Shown here: positions 54,765 to 63,231 of the stretch, in pieces
How the letters are laid out: every line of letters begins with the position of its first letter
How positions within the stretch are numbered: position 1 is the stretch's first letter
Origin: Elusimicrobiota bacterium
GTDB lineage: Bacteria > Elusimicrobiota > Elusimicrobia > Elusimicrobiales > UBA9959
Direction: 5' to 3'
Assembly (NCBI GenBank): GCA_016207645.1
Contig: JACQPH010000067.1
Span: forward strand, 4,365 to 68,364
DNA length: 64,000 nucleotides
Position numbers and translations under genes: made by a program
Notes under the pieces: model-generated
What the model was told of the DNA's origin: nothing
The model's database searches: none
Seen by the model: the letters and a program-made list of their open reading frames with translations, nothing else

Positions 54765-56699
54765 GTGAAAATCCCGATAGCGTTTATCTTAACCCTTCTG
54801 CTTATGCCCGCATACATTAAAGCCGCCCCGGCGGAGGCCGCGGCGCCGCGCTCCTGGACCCTGGTGCATTTCCTGCCCGGAGATTTCAAGGACGCCGGCA
54901 CGAAGAATTTCATCCCCGCTTCTTTCCCCGAAGGCGTTTTCACGGTGGAGGACTCAAGCCGCCCCGCAGTGCTCACCTCGGCGCAGCTCGACGCCGCTTT
55001 CCCTTTCGACGAGCTGCTGCTCTCGGCGGACGCGATTTTTCCCGGCGGCGGCGGGCTGGAGGCCGAAGCCCAGGTAAGGACGGCCGATGGCTGGAGCCCC
55101 TGGTTCAGCTTCGGGAAGTTCAACGCGGCCGGCGGCGGGGCCAGCGCGGCCCCGCAGCAGAACGAGTTCGGCGCCCTCGAGATAGACAAGCTGAAGCTGA
55201 AGAAAAAAGCCTCGGCCCTGCGCTACCGCTTCACGCTGACCGCCGCGGGCAGGCCCGCCGTGCTGCGCCTGGCGGCCGTTTCCTATACCGACTCGGGCGC
55301 TCCTTATTCCCCCGCCGCCGCCTACAAGCCCGCCGGCTTCAAAGCGCGGAAGCTCTCCCTGCCGCGCCGCTCGCAGATGCTGCAGCAGGTGAATTACGCC
55401 GGCGATATCTGCAGCCCCGTCTCGCTCTCGATGGCACTGTGCGGCCTGGGCCTGAGCGCCGAACCGCTGGAAACCGCCGAAGCCGTGCTCGACACGGCGC
55501 AGAACATCTACGGCAACTGGTTCTTCAACACGGCCCATGCCGGGACCCGCGGGCTTTACGCCTTCACGGCCCGCCTCAATTCACTGGAAGAAGCCGGGAC
55601 TTTCCTGGACGCCGGCGCGCAGGTGGTGGCCAGCCTCACCTACGGCCCCGACGAGCTGAAGAACTCCCCCCTCAAAAAGACGAAAGGCCACCTGCTGGTG
55701 CTGGCCGGCTTCACCGCCAAGGGCGACGTGATAACCCACGACCCCGCCGCGCCCGACGAAGGTACCGTAGAGCGGGTCTACGACAGGGCGCAGTTTGCCC
55801 GGGCCTGGCTGAAGAACAAGTTCGGAACTTCATACATAATAGCGAAGGACCTGAACCGCTTCCTGGCTGTGAAGGAAAGGGCCGCGGAACTCTTTTCCAT
55901 GCCGCCGGGCCCGGGCGACGGGGAGCGCGAAAAGCTGCGGGAAAGCCAACTTCTTTTCAACGAGCGGGTAGAGCTCCTGGAGGTATCAGGGCCCTGGGCC
56001 CGCGCCCGGGCCGCCGAGCAGACCAGCCTGCTGCCCGACGATAAGACGCTGGCCCCGTACGAGGGCTGGCTGGAGCTGGACAGCCTGGCCTTCAGCATCC
56101 CGGCCCCGGACACGGCCGTGATAAAGACCAAGACGGCCAAAGCCGGCGGCCTGGAACTTTCGCTGGGCGTGCGGCTGCGCGTGATAGACGGCCCCGGCGG
56201 GGCGAAGGCCTTCCCGCCCGGCGGACCGGCGCTGAACCTCTCCGAAAAAGACCTCAACCGGCTGCCGCGCAAACCCGCGCCCGCCGGACTGCGCCCCGCG
56301 ATACTAGAGACGGCCCGCTTCTTCCTCGGGGACAAATATTACTGGGGCGGGCGCAGCGCCTGGGGCATAGACTGCTCCGGCCTGGTGAACCTGGCCTACC
56401 GCGCCTGGGGCCTGGAACTGCCGCGCAACGCCGACGACCAGTTCGCCGCCTCCAGAAGCGTCAGCCGCGAGAACCTGAAACCGGCCGACCTGATCTTTTC
56501 CGCCGAGGCCTCGAAACCCGGCTTCGTCAACCACGTGATGCTCTATGCCGGCGGCGGGAAACTGATAGAGGCCACCGGCGAGACCAACTCCGTAAGGGAG
56601 ATCTCCTTCGCGGAGAAATTCGGCGCCGACTTCAAAAAGGCGAAGAACGGCATGGTGGCCGGCGGAAAAAAGATCTTCTTCAGGAAAGTTATCAACTAA
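54765..56699 (+). CDS. Secreted two-peptidase protein: C39-like cysteine peptidase domain + SH3-like linker + NlpC/P60 (C40) domain
   Basis: GTG start with a signal peptide. The GDICSPVSLSMAL / GHLLVLAGF pair resembles a papain-like C39-type domain. The C-terminal YYWGGRSAWGIDCSGLV ... NHVMLY is classic NlpC/P60. Confidence 0.8.
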   Translation: MKIPIAFILTLLLMPAYIKAAPAEAAAPRSWTLVHFLPGDFKDAGTKNFIPASFPEGVFTVEDSSRPAVLTSAQLDAAFPFDELLLSADAIFPGGGGLEAEAQVRTADGWSPWFSFGKFNAAGGGASAAPQQNEFGALEIDKLKLKKKASALRYRFTLTAAGRPAVLRLAAVSYTDSGAPYSPAAAYKPAGFKARKLSLPRRSQMLQQVNYAGDICSPVSLSMALCGLGLSAEPLETAEAVLDTAQNIYGNWFFNTAHAGTRGLYAFTARLNSLEEAGTFLDAGAQVVASLTYGPDELKNSPLKKTKGHLLVLAGFTAKGDVITHDPAAPDEGTVERVYDRAQFARAWLKNKFGTSYIIAKDLNRFLAVKERAAELFSMPPGPGDGEREKLRESQLLFNERVELLEVSGPWARARAAEQTSLLPDDKTLAPYEGWLELDSLAFSIPAPDTAVIKTKTAKAGGLELSLGVRLRVIDGPGGAKAFPPGGPALNLSEKDLNRLPRKPAPAGLRPAILETARFFLGDKYYWGGRSAWGIDCSGLVNLAYRAWGLELPRNADDQFAASRSVSRENLKPADLIFSAEASKPGFVNHVMLYAGGGKLIEATGETNSVREISFAEKFGADFKKAKNGMVAGGKKIFFRKVIN

Positions 56700-56710
56700 T
56701 TGGAGACAAA

Positions 56711-58456
56711 ATGCGCATTTTACTGCTCGCGGTCCTCATAGGCGGCCTCCCTCCCGGCGCCGAAGCCCAGGAGCTGGCCCCTGCCACCAGGGCCGAAACC
56801 CTGCTCTACGCCCATATGGGCGAAATAGTCACGCTGGACCCCGTCTATCCTTACGACGCCATCACGCAGGGGCTGCTGTTCAACGTGTATGAAACGCTGA
56901 TCAGGTTCAGGGGCTCCAGCCTCACGGCCTACGAGCCCGTGCTGGCGGCCAAGGTCCCTTCCACCCAGAACGGCCTGCTCTCGGCCGACGGCCTCACCTT
57001 CAAATTCCCGGTACGGAAAGGCGTGAAGTTCCACAACGGCGACGCCCTTACTCCGGAAGACGTCGGATATTCCCTGCTGCGCTTCATGTTCACCGACCCC
57101 CCCGGCGGGCCGGCCTCGCTGCTGCTGGAGCCCGTGTTCGGCCTGGCCTCCAGCCGCGGCGCCGACGGCAAGCCCGCCGTGACCAAGGCCGAGTTCGAGA
57201 GCGCCGTGAAGGTGCAGGGCGAGAACGTGGTGGTGCGGCTGAAGCGCCCCTTCGCCCCTTTCCTTTCCATCATGGCGCGCTGGTCCTACGTGCTGGACAA
57301 AAAATGGTGCGTCTCCAAAGGCGAATGGGACGGCTCCTACGAGACCCTGCCCTCCTTCGCCAACCGGCCCAAGGAAAAGTCCGGGCTTTTCAACGCCGCC
57401 AACGGCACCGGGCCTTTCCTGGTGGCCCGCTGGGACAGCAATACCAAGCAGGCGGCCCTCGGCGCCAGCCCTAATTACTGGGACAAACCCCCGCGCCTGA
57501 AACGGATCATCATGAAGACCGTGCAGGAATTCGGCACCAGGCGGCTGATGCTGGAGGCCGGCGACGCGGACATCATAGACCTCCCCCGCCCCTACGAGCC
57601 GCAGGTGCGCGGGCTCAAGGGGGTCGCGCTCTACGACGATCTGCCGCGCCTGATGACGGACCCGGTGTTCTTCTTCACCTTCAAGGTGAACCCGGTGGCC
57701 AACCCGGACATCGGCTCCGGCAAGCTGGACGGCGCCGGCATCCCGCCCGACTTCTTCTCCAGCCTCGACGTGCGCAAGGCTTTCGCCTACTCTTTCGACT
57801 ATAACGGCTACCTCAAGGACGGGCTGAAAGGCAAGGCCACGCTGGCGAAGGGCTCCATCCCCCCGGGGATAGCCGGCTATGACCCCGCCACCCCCGGCTA
57901 CGTCTTCGACCGCGCCCGCGCCACCGAGTATTTCCGCAAGGCCTACGGCGGCGAGGTCTGGAACAAGGGCTTCCGGTTCACGCTCACCTACAATACCGGC
58001 GGCGACGTGCGCCAGCTGGCCTGCGAGGTGCTCAAGCGCGGCGTGGAGGCCGTCAACCCGCGCTTCCACATAGACCTGCGCGGCGTGGACTGGCCGGTCT
58101 ACCTCGAGAAGACCCAGAACCACAAGATGCCGCTCTTCACCCGCGGCTGGACCGGGGACTACCCCGACGCGCATAACTTCATTTTCCCCTTCTATCATTC
58201 GAAAGGCCGCTACGCCATCGCCCAGGCCTATTCCAACCCGGCGCTGGACAGGCAGATAGAGGCCGCCGTTACGGAGATCTCCCCGGCGAAGCGCGCCGCG
58301 CTGTACGCGAAGATCCAGAAGGCCGCCTACGAGGACGCCGTGCAGCTCTACACGGTGCACCCGCGCGGGCTTTACGCCGCCAGGGAGAGCCTCAAGGGCT
58401 TTTACGACAATGCGGTGTTCATGGGGATATATTTCTACCCGCTGAGCAAACAGTGA
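56711..58456 (+). CDS. ABC transporter substrate-binding protein, family 5 (peptide/nickel type)
   Basis: 581 aa with a signal peptide and a family-5 SBP pattern (LDPVYPYD, FKFPVRKGVKFHNGD, GWTGDYPDA). Confidence 0.85.
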   Translation: MRILLLAVLIGGLPPGAEAQELAPATRAETLLYAHMGEIVTLDPVYPYDAITQGLLFNVYETLIRFRGSSLTAYEPVLAAKVPSTQNGLLSADGLTFKFPVRKGVKFHNGDALTPEDVGYSLLRFMFTDPPGGPASLLLEPVFGLASSRGADGKPAVTKAEFESAVKVQGENVVVRLKRPFAPFLSIMARWSYVLDKKWCVSKGEWDGSYETLPSFANRPKEKSGLFNAANGTGPFLVARWDSNTKQAALGASPNYWDKPPRLKRIIMKTVQEFGTRRLMLEAGDADIIDLPRPYEPQVRGLKGVALYDDLPRLMTDPVFFFTFKVNPVANPDIGSGKLDGAGIPPDFFSSLDVRKAFAYSFDYNGYLKDGLKGKATLAKGSIPPGIAGYDPATPGYVFDRARATEYFRKAYGGEVWNKGFRFTLTYNTGGDVRQLACEVLKRGVEAVNPRFHIDLRGVDWPVYLEKTQNHKMPLFTRGWTGDYPDAHNFIFPFYHSKGRYAIAQAYSNPALDRQIEAAVTEISPAKRAALYAKIQKAAYEDAVQLYTVHPRGLYAARESLKGFYDNAVFMGIYFYPLSKQ

Positions 58457-59094
58457 TCATGGAAGACAAAAAAACAGCCGGACTGGTTTCCCTCCTGAAA
58501 AAAGCGTACCCGGCCGCGGAGTGCTCGCTGGACCACAAGGACGCTTTCCAGCTCCTTATCGCCACCATCCTTTCGGCGCAATGCACCGACGAGAGGGTGA
58601 ACAAGGTCACCCCCGCGCTATTTAAAAAGTATCCCGGCCCGGCTGAAATGGGAAAGGCCCCGCTGGGGGCCCTGGAGGAACTGGTGCGCTCCACCGGCTT
58701 CTACAAGAACAAAGCCCTGTCCCTCAAAGAGGCCTCGAAGGCGATAACGGAGAATTTCGGCGGCGAAGTCCCCAGGACCATGGAGGAGCTGCTGACCCTG
58801 CGCGGCGTGGCCAGGAAGACCGCCAACGTGGTGCTGGGCTCGGCCTACGGCATAGCCGCCGGCGTGGTGGTGGACACGCACGTGAAGCGCGTGGCCTTCC
58901 GCCTGGGCCTGACGAAAGAGACCGACCCGGCGAAGATAGAGCGGGACCTGATGAAAGCCCTCCCTAAAAGCGAGTGGATCTGGTTCGCCCACGCCCTGGT
59001 CCTGCACGGCCGCGCCGTCTGCGCCGCCCGGAAGCCGGATTGCCCGCATTGCCCGCTGAACGAACTTTGTCCTAAGCTCGGCATAAAAGAATAA
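58453..59094 (+). CDS. nth: Endonuclease III
   Basis: HhH-GPD motif (LTLRGVARKTANVVL, VDTHV) and a C-terminal 4Fe-4S cluster loop (CxxxxxxCxxCxxxxxC). Confidence 0.95.
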   Translation: MIMEDKKTAGLVSLLKKAYPAAECSLDHKDAFQLLIATILSAQCTDERVNKVTPALFKKYPGPAEMGKAPLGALEELVRSTGFYKNKALSLKEASKAITENFGGEVPRTMEELLTLRGVARKTANVVLGSAYGIAAGVVVDTHVKRVAFRLGLTKETDPAKIERDLMKALPKSEWIWFAHALVLHGRAVCAARKPDCPHCPLNELCPKLGIKE

Positions 59095-59118
59095 GCCGCG
59101 GCCTTCGCCGCGGCTTAT
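59091..59118. terminator. 12-bp perfect hairpin between convergent nth and GAF-PAS genes
   Basis: ATAAGCCGCGGC - CTTC - GCCGCGGCTTAT. Confidence 0.6.
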
Positions 59119-59135
59119 CTTCAATTCCCCCCCGC

Positions 59136-59990
59136 CTACAGATTGGTGATATCCTGGAAGATGATGCCGGCGCCTATCACTTTGCCGTCGACGCCCTTGA
59201 TATTGATGGAGCTGTAGCCGATGGTCTTGTCCCTGCCGTTGACCCGGCATTTGAATTCCTGCCGGCGCACGGTCTTGCCCTGCTTCAGCACGTCGCTTAT
59301 GGCGTTGACTATATCCGGGCAGAGCTGGAAAAGCTCCACGACGGGCCGGTTGAGGTATTGCTGCCCGCCCTCGAAGATCTCGGCGGCCTTGGGGTTGAAG
59401 AACGTGACCTTCCCGTCCATGTCCGTGCCGATGAAGCCGCCGGAAAGGTTGTTGATGGTGCTCTCGCCCTTGAGGTTGAGCTGCTTGATGGTGGCCTCCA
59501 GCTTCCTGATATAGACGTCGCGCGCCACCAGCGCGGTCACCAGCTCCGCCGCCTTGAGCTCCTCGTCCGTGAAAGCGCCGGCGATGGAGTTGATGTATTC
59601 CATCACGCCCAGCAGCTCGCCGTTGGCGATTGCCGGCACGGCGATCACGGTCTTGGTCTGGAAGCCGGAGCCCTTGTCCACCTTCTTGGTGAACAGCGGG
59701 CTGTTCGGGGCGTCGTTTATCAGCAGGGATTTCCTGGATTCGGCGCAGAAACCGACCACGCCCTGGTAGGGGAAGCTGACCCCGACGAGGTCCGCTCCCA
59801 CGGGGCCGATGCTCTTCTTGAAAGTGAGGCGGTGCTTCGCGTCGTCGGCCTCGAAGAAGCTGCCGGCGAAGCAGTTGACTATGCCGGCGCCGCGCCGCGC
59901 CAGGTACTCCCACAGCGCGTCCTCGCCCTTGGCGCCCTCGGCGGGCAGGTCCTCGGAGAATTTAGTAAGGAACGTGATCATGTCGCTCAT
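59136..59990 (-). CDS. GAF + PAS sensor protein without output domain
   Basis: 284 aa from ATG 59990 (MSDMITFL...), which overlaps the amidase stop (ATGA). GAF-like N-terminal half and PAS-like C-terminal half (GGFIGTDMDGKVTFFNPKAAEIF). The upstream part of the ORF-track entry overlaps the amidase gene and is rejected. Confidence 0.75.
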   Translation of the reverse strand: MSDMITFLTKFSEDLPAEGAKGEDALWEYLARRGAGIVNCFAGSFFEADDAKHRLTFKKSIGPVGADLVGVSFPYQGVVGFCAESRKSLLINDAPNSPLFTKKVDKGSGFQTKTVIAVPAIANGELLGVMEYINSIAGAFTDEELKAAELVTALVARDVYIRKLEATIKQLNLKGESTINNLSGGFIGTDMDGKVTFFNPKAAEIFEGGQQYLNRPVVELFQLCPDIVNAISDVLKQGKTVRRQEFKCRVNGRDKTIGYSSINIKGVDGKVIGAGIIFQDITNL

Positions 59991-61828
59991 TGTTTGCCCT
60001 TTTTCGCGGAGGCTGTCCGCGCCGGAACGTCCAGGAACTCCAGCACCCCTTCGGCGATCGCGCCGGACAGCTCCTCCTGGAAGGCGGGGGTGTTGAGCTG
60101 CTCCTCCTGGCGCGGGAGTATCATGTAGGCGTTCTCTATCAGCACGGCCGGCATCCAGGTCATGCGGGCCACCAGGAAGTCCCCGTAGCGCAGGCCCTCG
60201 TCGGGCAGCTCTATGTTCTTCAGATAGGAGCGGTGCACCGCGGCGGCCAGCGCCCCGCTGTGGCGCTGGTAGTGGTAGATGGAGAAGCCGCGCGGCAGCG
60301 CGAACGGGTCCTCCCCGTCGCCTATGGCGTTGTTGTGTATGCTGAGGAAGAGGTCGCCGCCCAGTTCTTTCGCCAGCTTCGGGCGGTCGGCCAGGTCCAC
60401 GTTCTCGTCGCCGGAGCGGGTCAGCCGCACCTGGGCACCGAGGTCGAGGAGCTTTTCTTTCAGCTTGAGCGCGATGGCGAGGTTCACGTTGACCTCGAAA
60501 GTCTCCATGGGGCCCACGGCCCCGTCGAGGCTGCAGCGCGCGGAGGCCTGCAGGGCGCTGTAGCGGATGTCGCGCAGCGGGGGCCTGCTGTTGTTGTCGC
60601 ATTTAAGATACGGGGAATGGCCCGGGTCCAGCACCACGGTCAGCCCGCTCAGCGGCTTCGGCCAGGTGAGCGCGGCCTTCGGGCGGGCGCGGAGCTCCAC
60701 CTGCAGGGTCCTGGAGGAACCCGGGTAGGAGATATTATAGCCCCAGAAAGCGCCGGGCTCGGTCTCGAAGTCCAGTTCCACCTTGTTATAGGCGGCCTGG
60801 CGGAAAGCGACGTTCTTCACCAGAGTATCGGCCGAATCGTAAACCACCGTATTGGTATGCAGGTTGGCGTAATAAAGCGTCACGCGCAGGCCCCAGGGCA
60901 TGACCTCGGCGGTATAGGGGAGCCTGTCGTACAGCGTGACCGAGGCGGCGGAGCCGAAGTCCGTCTTCCTGAACCGTATCGCGCCGGTCTCGCTGCCGTA
61001 GGAGAAAGGGAACTGCGCCCCGGGCACGGCCTGGACCTTGGAATCGTCCACCCAGCCGGCTTCGTTATTGGAAAGGAAGACGCGGCGCAGGCCGTTGGAG
61101 CGGCCGTTGGAAACCAGCTTGATCCCTTTGGACAGGAACATCATATAGCCGCCGTCCGCGGCGTTCTTCAGGATGACGGTATCGGTGGAGGTTTCCACGA
61201 GCACCGGCTGCTTAAGGACCTTTATTTTTCCCCTGGACCTGGCGGCGGCGCCGTGCGCGAACAGCCCGGCCTTGAACCGGACCGCGAGTTCCCCGCCGGG
61301 ACCGGTATCGGAGTCCTTCACCCTGTAAGAAGCGTAATATCTGCCGGAGCCCTGCGGCATTTCGGCCATGGGGAGGTCCTTGAAAACACCCTCCAGCGAG
61401 CAGACCGCCTCGCGCGAAGGAGTTCCCGCGGCCGTGATCTTGAGATAGTCGCCGGCAAAAACCTCGGAATCGGAGGCGTAGGAGGTGAGCTCCACCCTGA
61501 GCGCGCCCGTGGAGGGAGCGGCTTCGGCGGGCTGGCGCACCTTGAGCAGGCGCTGCGCGGTGGCGCCGTCCTCGAGAGTGCCGGTGAAAATGAAATCGCC
61601 GGGGGCCACCGGCAGGTAGGCTATGAAGCCGCCGTTGGAATGCACGGCTATTTTCTCCCCGTTTATGGCGAAGGCGGCCGTGGACGGGGAGATATTGCCG
61701 AAGATGAAGGTTTTAGGGACGGCGGGGATGGAAGCGCCCTCCTGCGGATAGACGAAGGTGATCTGCCCGGCGCGGGCAGGAAGGCCGGAAAGGAGCAGTA
61801 ATGCCGCGGAATACGCGATACGGTTCAT
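59987..61828 (-). CDS. N-acetylmuramoyl-L-alanine amidase (Amidase_3) with large N-terminal beta-rich region
   Basis: Signal peptide. C-terminal VVLDPGHS, DLFLSIHNNA and ENAYM motifs of zinc amidases. Confidence 0.85.
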   Translation of the reverse strand: MNRIAYSAALLLLSGLPARAGQITFVYPQEGASIPAVPKTFIFGNISPSTAAFAINGEKIAVHSNGGFIAYLPVAPGDFIFTGTLEDGATAQRLLKVRQPAEAAPSTGALRVELTSYASDSEVFAGDYLKITAAGTPSREAVCSLEGVFKDLPMAEMPQGSGRYYASYRVKDSDTGPGGELAVRFKAGLFAHGAAARSRGKIKVLKQPVLVETSTDTVILKNAADGGYMMFLSKGIKLVSNGRSNGLRRVFLSNNEAGWVDDSKVQAVPGAQFPFSYGSETGAIRFRKTDFGSAASVTLYDRLPYTAEVMPWGLRVTLYYANLHTNTVVYDSADTLVKNVAFRQAAYNKVELDFETEPGAFWGYNISYPGSSRTLQVELRARPKAALTWPKPLSGLTVVLDPGHSPYLKCDNNSRPPLRDIRYSALQASARCSLDGAVGPMETFEVNVNLAIALKLKEKLLDLGAQVRLTRSGDENVDLADRPKLAKELGGDLFLSIHNNAIGDGEDPFALPRGFSIYHYQRHSGALAAAVHRSYLKNIELPDEGLRYGDFLVARMTWMPAVLIENAYMILPRQEEQLNTPAFQEELSGAIAEGVLEFLDVPARTASAKKGKQ

Positions 61829-61913
61829 AAGAGCACAGCGCCGTTCTTTAAAGAAAACGAAATATTAATTTAATACCCGTCAGATACAATTATAATATAT
61901 TCGGCATGAGGCT

Positions 61914-63227
61914 ATGAACAAATCCACCCTGCTCGCCCTGTCGGCCGCCCTGCTTTTCCCTCTTTCCGGGTACGCCTCGGATTTCACCTATGTGCGCCCC
62001 TGCGCCAGGGCCAATGCCATGGGCACGGCTTTCTCCACCCTGGCCGGCGACGCCTGCGCGGTCTTCTACAACCCCGCCAACCTGACCACGCTTTCGGACC
62101 TGGAAGTGCGCCTGGAGACCGCCCGCAGGCTGGCCGCCGCCGCCCCGGAAGGGGAGGTTTCCCTCGCCTACATCCGCCCCGTGCCCGACGTAGAGAACAA
62201 GGTGGCGGGCATAGGCTATTACTCGGTGCGGCAGAAAGGCGGCTTCGGCATGGACTCCCTGGTCTTCAGCCTGGGCGACCGCACCACGATAAAATACCTG
62301 CAGAAACCGGTCTATTACGGCATGGGCGTGAAGCTGATGAGCCTGCGCGTCCTCGGCAAAAGCCACCTGGGCCTGGGCGCTGAAGGCGGGCTCCAGCTGG
62401 AGAACACTTCGGCCTTCAGGACCTCCCTGGTGCTTTCCGACCTGCTTTTCGGCACGGGCAGGTCGCTGATGACCGTGACCCTGGGGAACTCCTACCGCGT
62501 GAAGAACACGCTGCTGGCCGCAGACCTCCGCGCGCGCGGTTCCCATTCCGAATTTTTCCTGGGCGTGGAGCACACCGTCTTCAACGGGCTCGTGCAGGCG
62601 CGCGCCGGCAAAGGCCTGGCGCTGGGCGGCGGCGACTTCCTGGCCCTGGGCGTCGGCATAAACACCCTTCCCTGGACCATCGACCTGGCCTGGTCCCTGC
62701 CCTGGGGCGGCTATAACAGGAATTACGGCTACTACGGCGTCAACGTCGGCTACCGCTTCGGCTCCCGGACCTTCAGCGAAAAGCTCGTCGGCGACGCGGC
62801 GCGCCAGTCCGAAGCCCTCAGGGCGCAGATAGACGACCTGCGGACCCAGCGCGCGAACCTGGAAAGCTCCATAGCCACCTACCGCGTTAACAAGAGCATG
62901 CTGGAGACGGACGTCACCATGCTGCAGGGCCGCATGCGCGAACTGGAGACCAATATAAAAGAGCTGGAGGTGCAGGCTCTGGAAGCGCTGTACAGGAAGG
63001 AAGGAGCGAAGCCGGGCAAAGTCTACGTCCCCCCCCCGCCGGAGCGCTGGCCCAAACTGCACAAGGCCGCGGCCGGAGAGACCCTGCGCTCCCTCGCCGG
63101 GAAGTATTACGGCAACCCGAACCTTTGGGAGAGGATCTACCAGGCCAACGAGAAGCACGTCTCCAAGGGCCTGCCGGTGGAGGGCGCCGTGCTGACGATA
63201 CCCGCCCCGCCGGCGGAGAACAGGTAA
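61914..63227 (+). CDS. Outer-membrane beta-barrel-like domain + coiled coil + LysM domain protein
   Basis: Signal peptide. An N-terminal ~290 aa with alternating beta-strand pattern ends in GVNVGYRF (an OMP-like terminal motif). Then heptad-rich SEALRAQIDDLRTQRANLESS...ELETNIKELEVQ, then LysM (HKAAAGETLRSLAGKYYGNPNLWERIYQAN). Confidence 0.7.
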   Translation: MNKSTLLALSAALLFPLSGYASDFTYVRPCARANAMGTAFSTLAGDACAVFYNPANLTTLSDLEVRLETARRLAAAAPEGEVSLAYIRPVPDVENKVAGIGYYSVRQKGGFGMDSLVFSLGDRTTIKYLQKPVYYGMGVKLMSLRVLGKSHLGLGAEGGLQLENTSAFRTSLVLSDLLFGTGRSLMTVTLGNSYRVKNTLLAADLRARGSHSEFFLGVEHTVFNGLVQARAGKGLALGGGDFLALGVGINTLPWTIDLAWSLPWGGYNRNYGYYGVNVGYRFGSRTFSEKLVGDAARQSEALRAQIDDLRTQRANLESSIATYRVNKSMLETDVTMLQGRMRELETNIKELEVQALEALYRKEGAKPGKVYVPPPPERWPKLHKAAAGETLRSLAGKYYGNPNLWERIYQANEKHVSKGLPVEGAVLTIPAPPAENR

Positions 63228-63231
63228 AACC

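Noticed and set aside
59991-60602. N-terminal 204 codons of the 59136-60602 ORF
   Set aside because: It overlaps the amidase C-terminal catalytic domain in another frame, and its translation is Arg/Pro/Gly-rich. The real GAF-PAS gene starts at ATG 59990.
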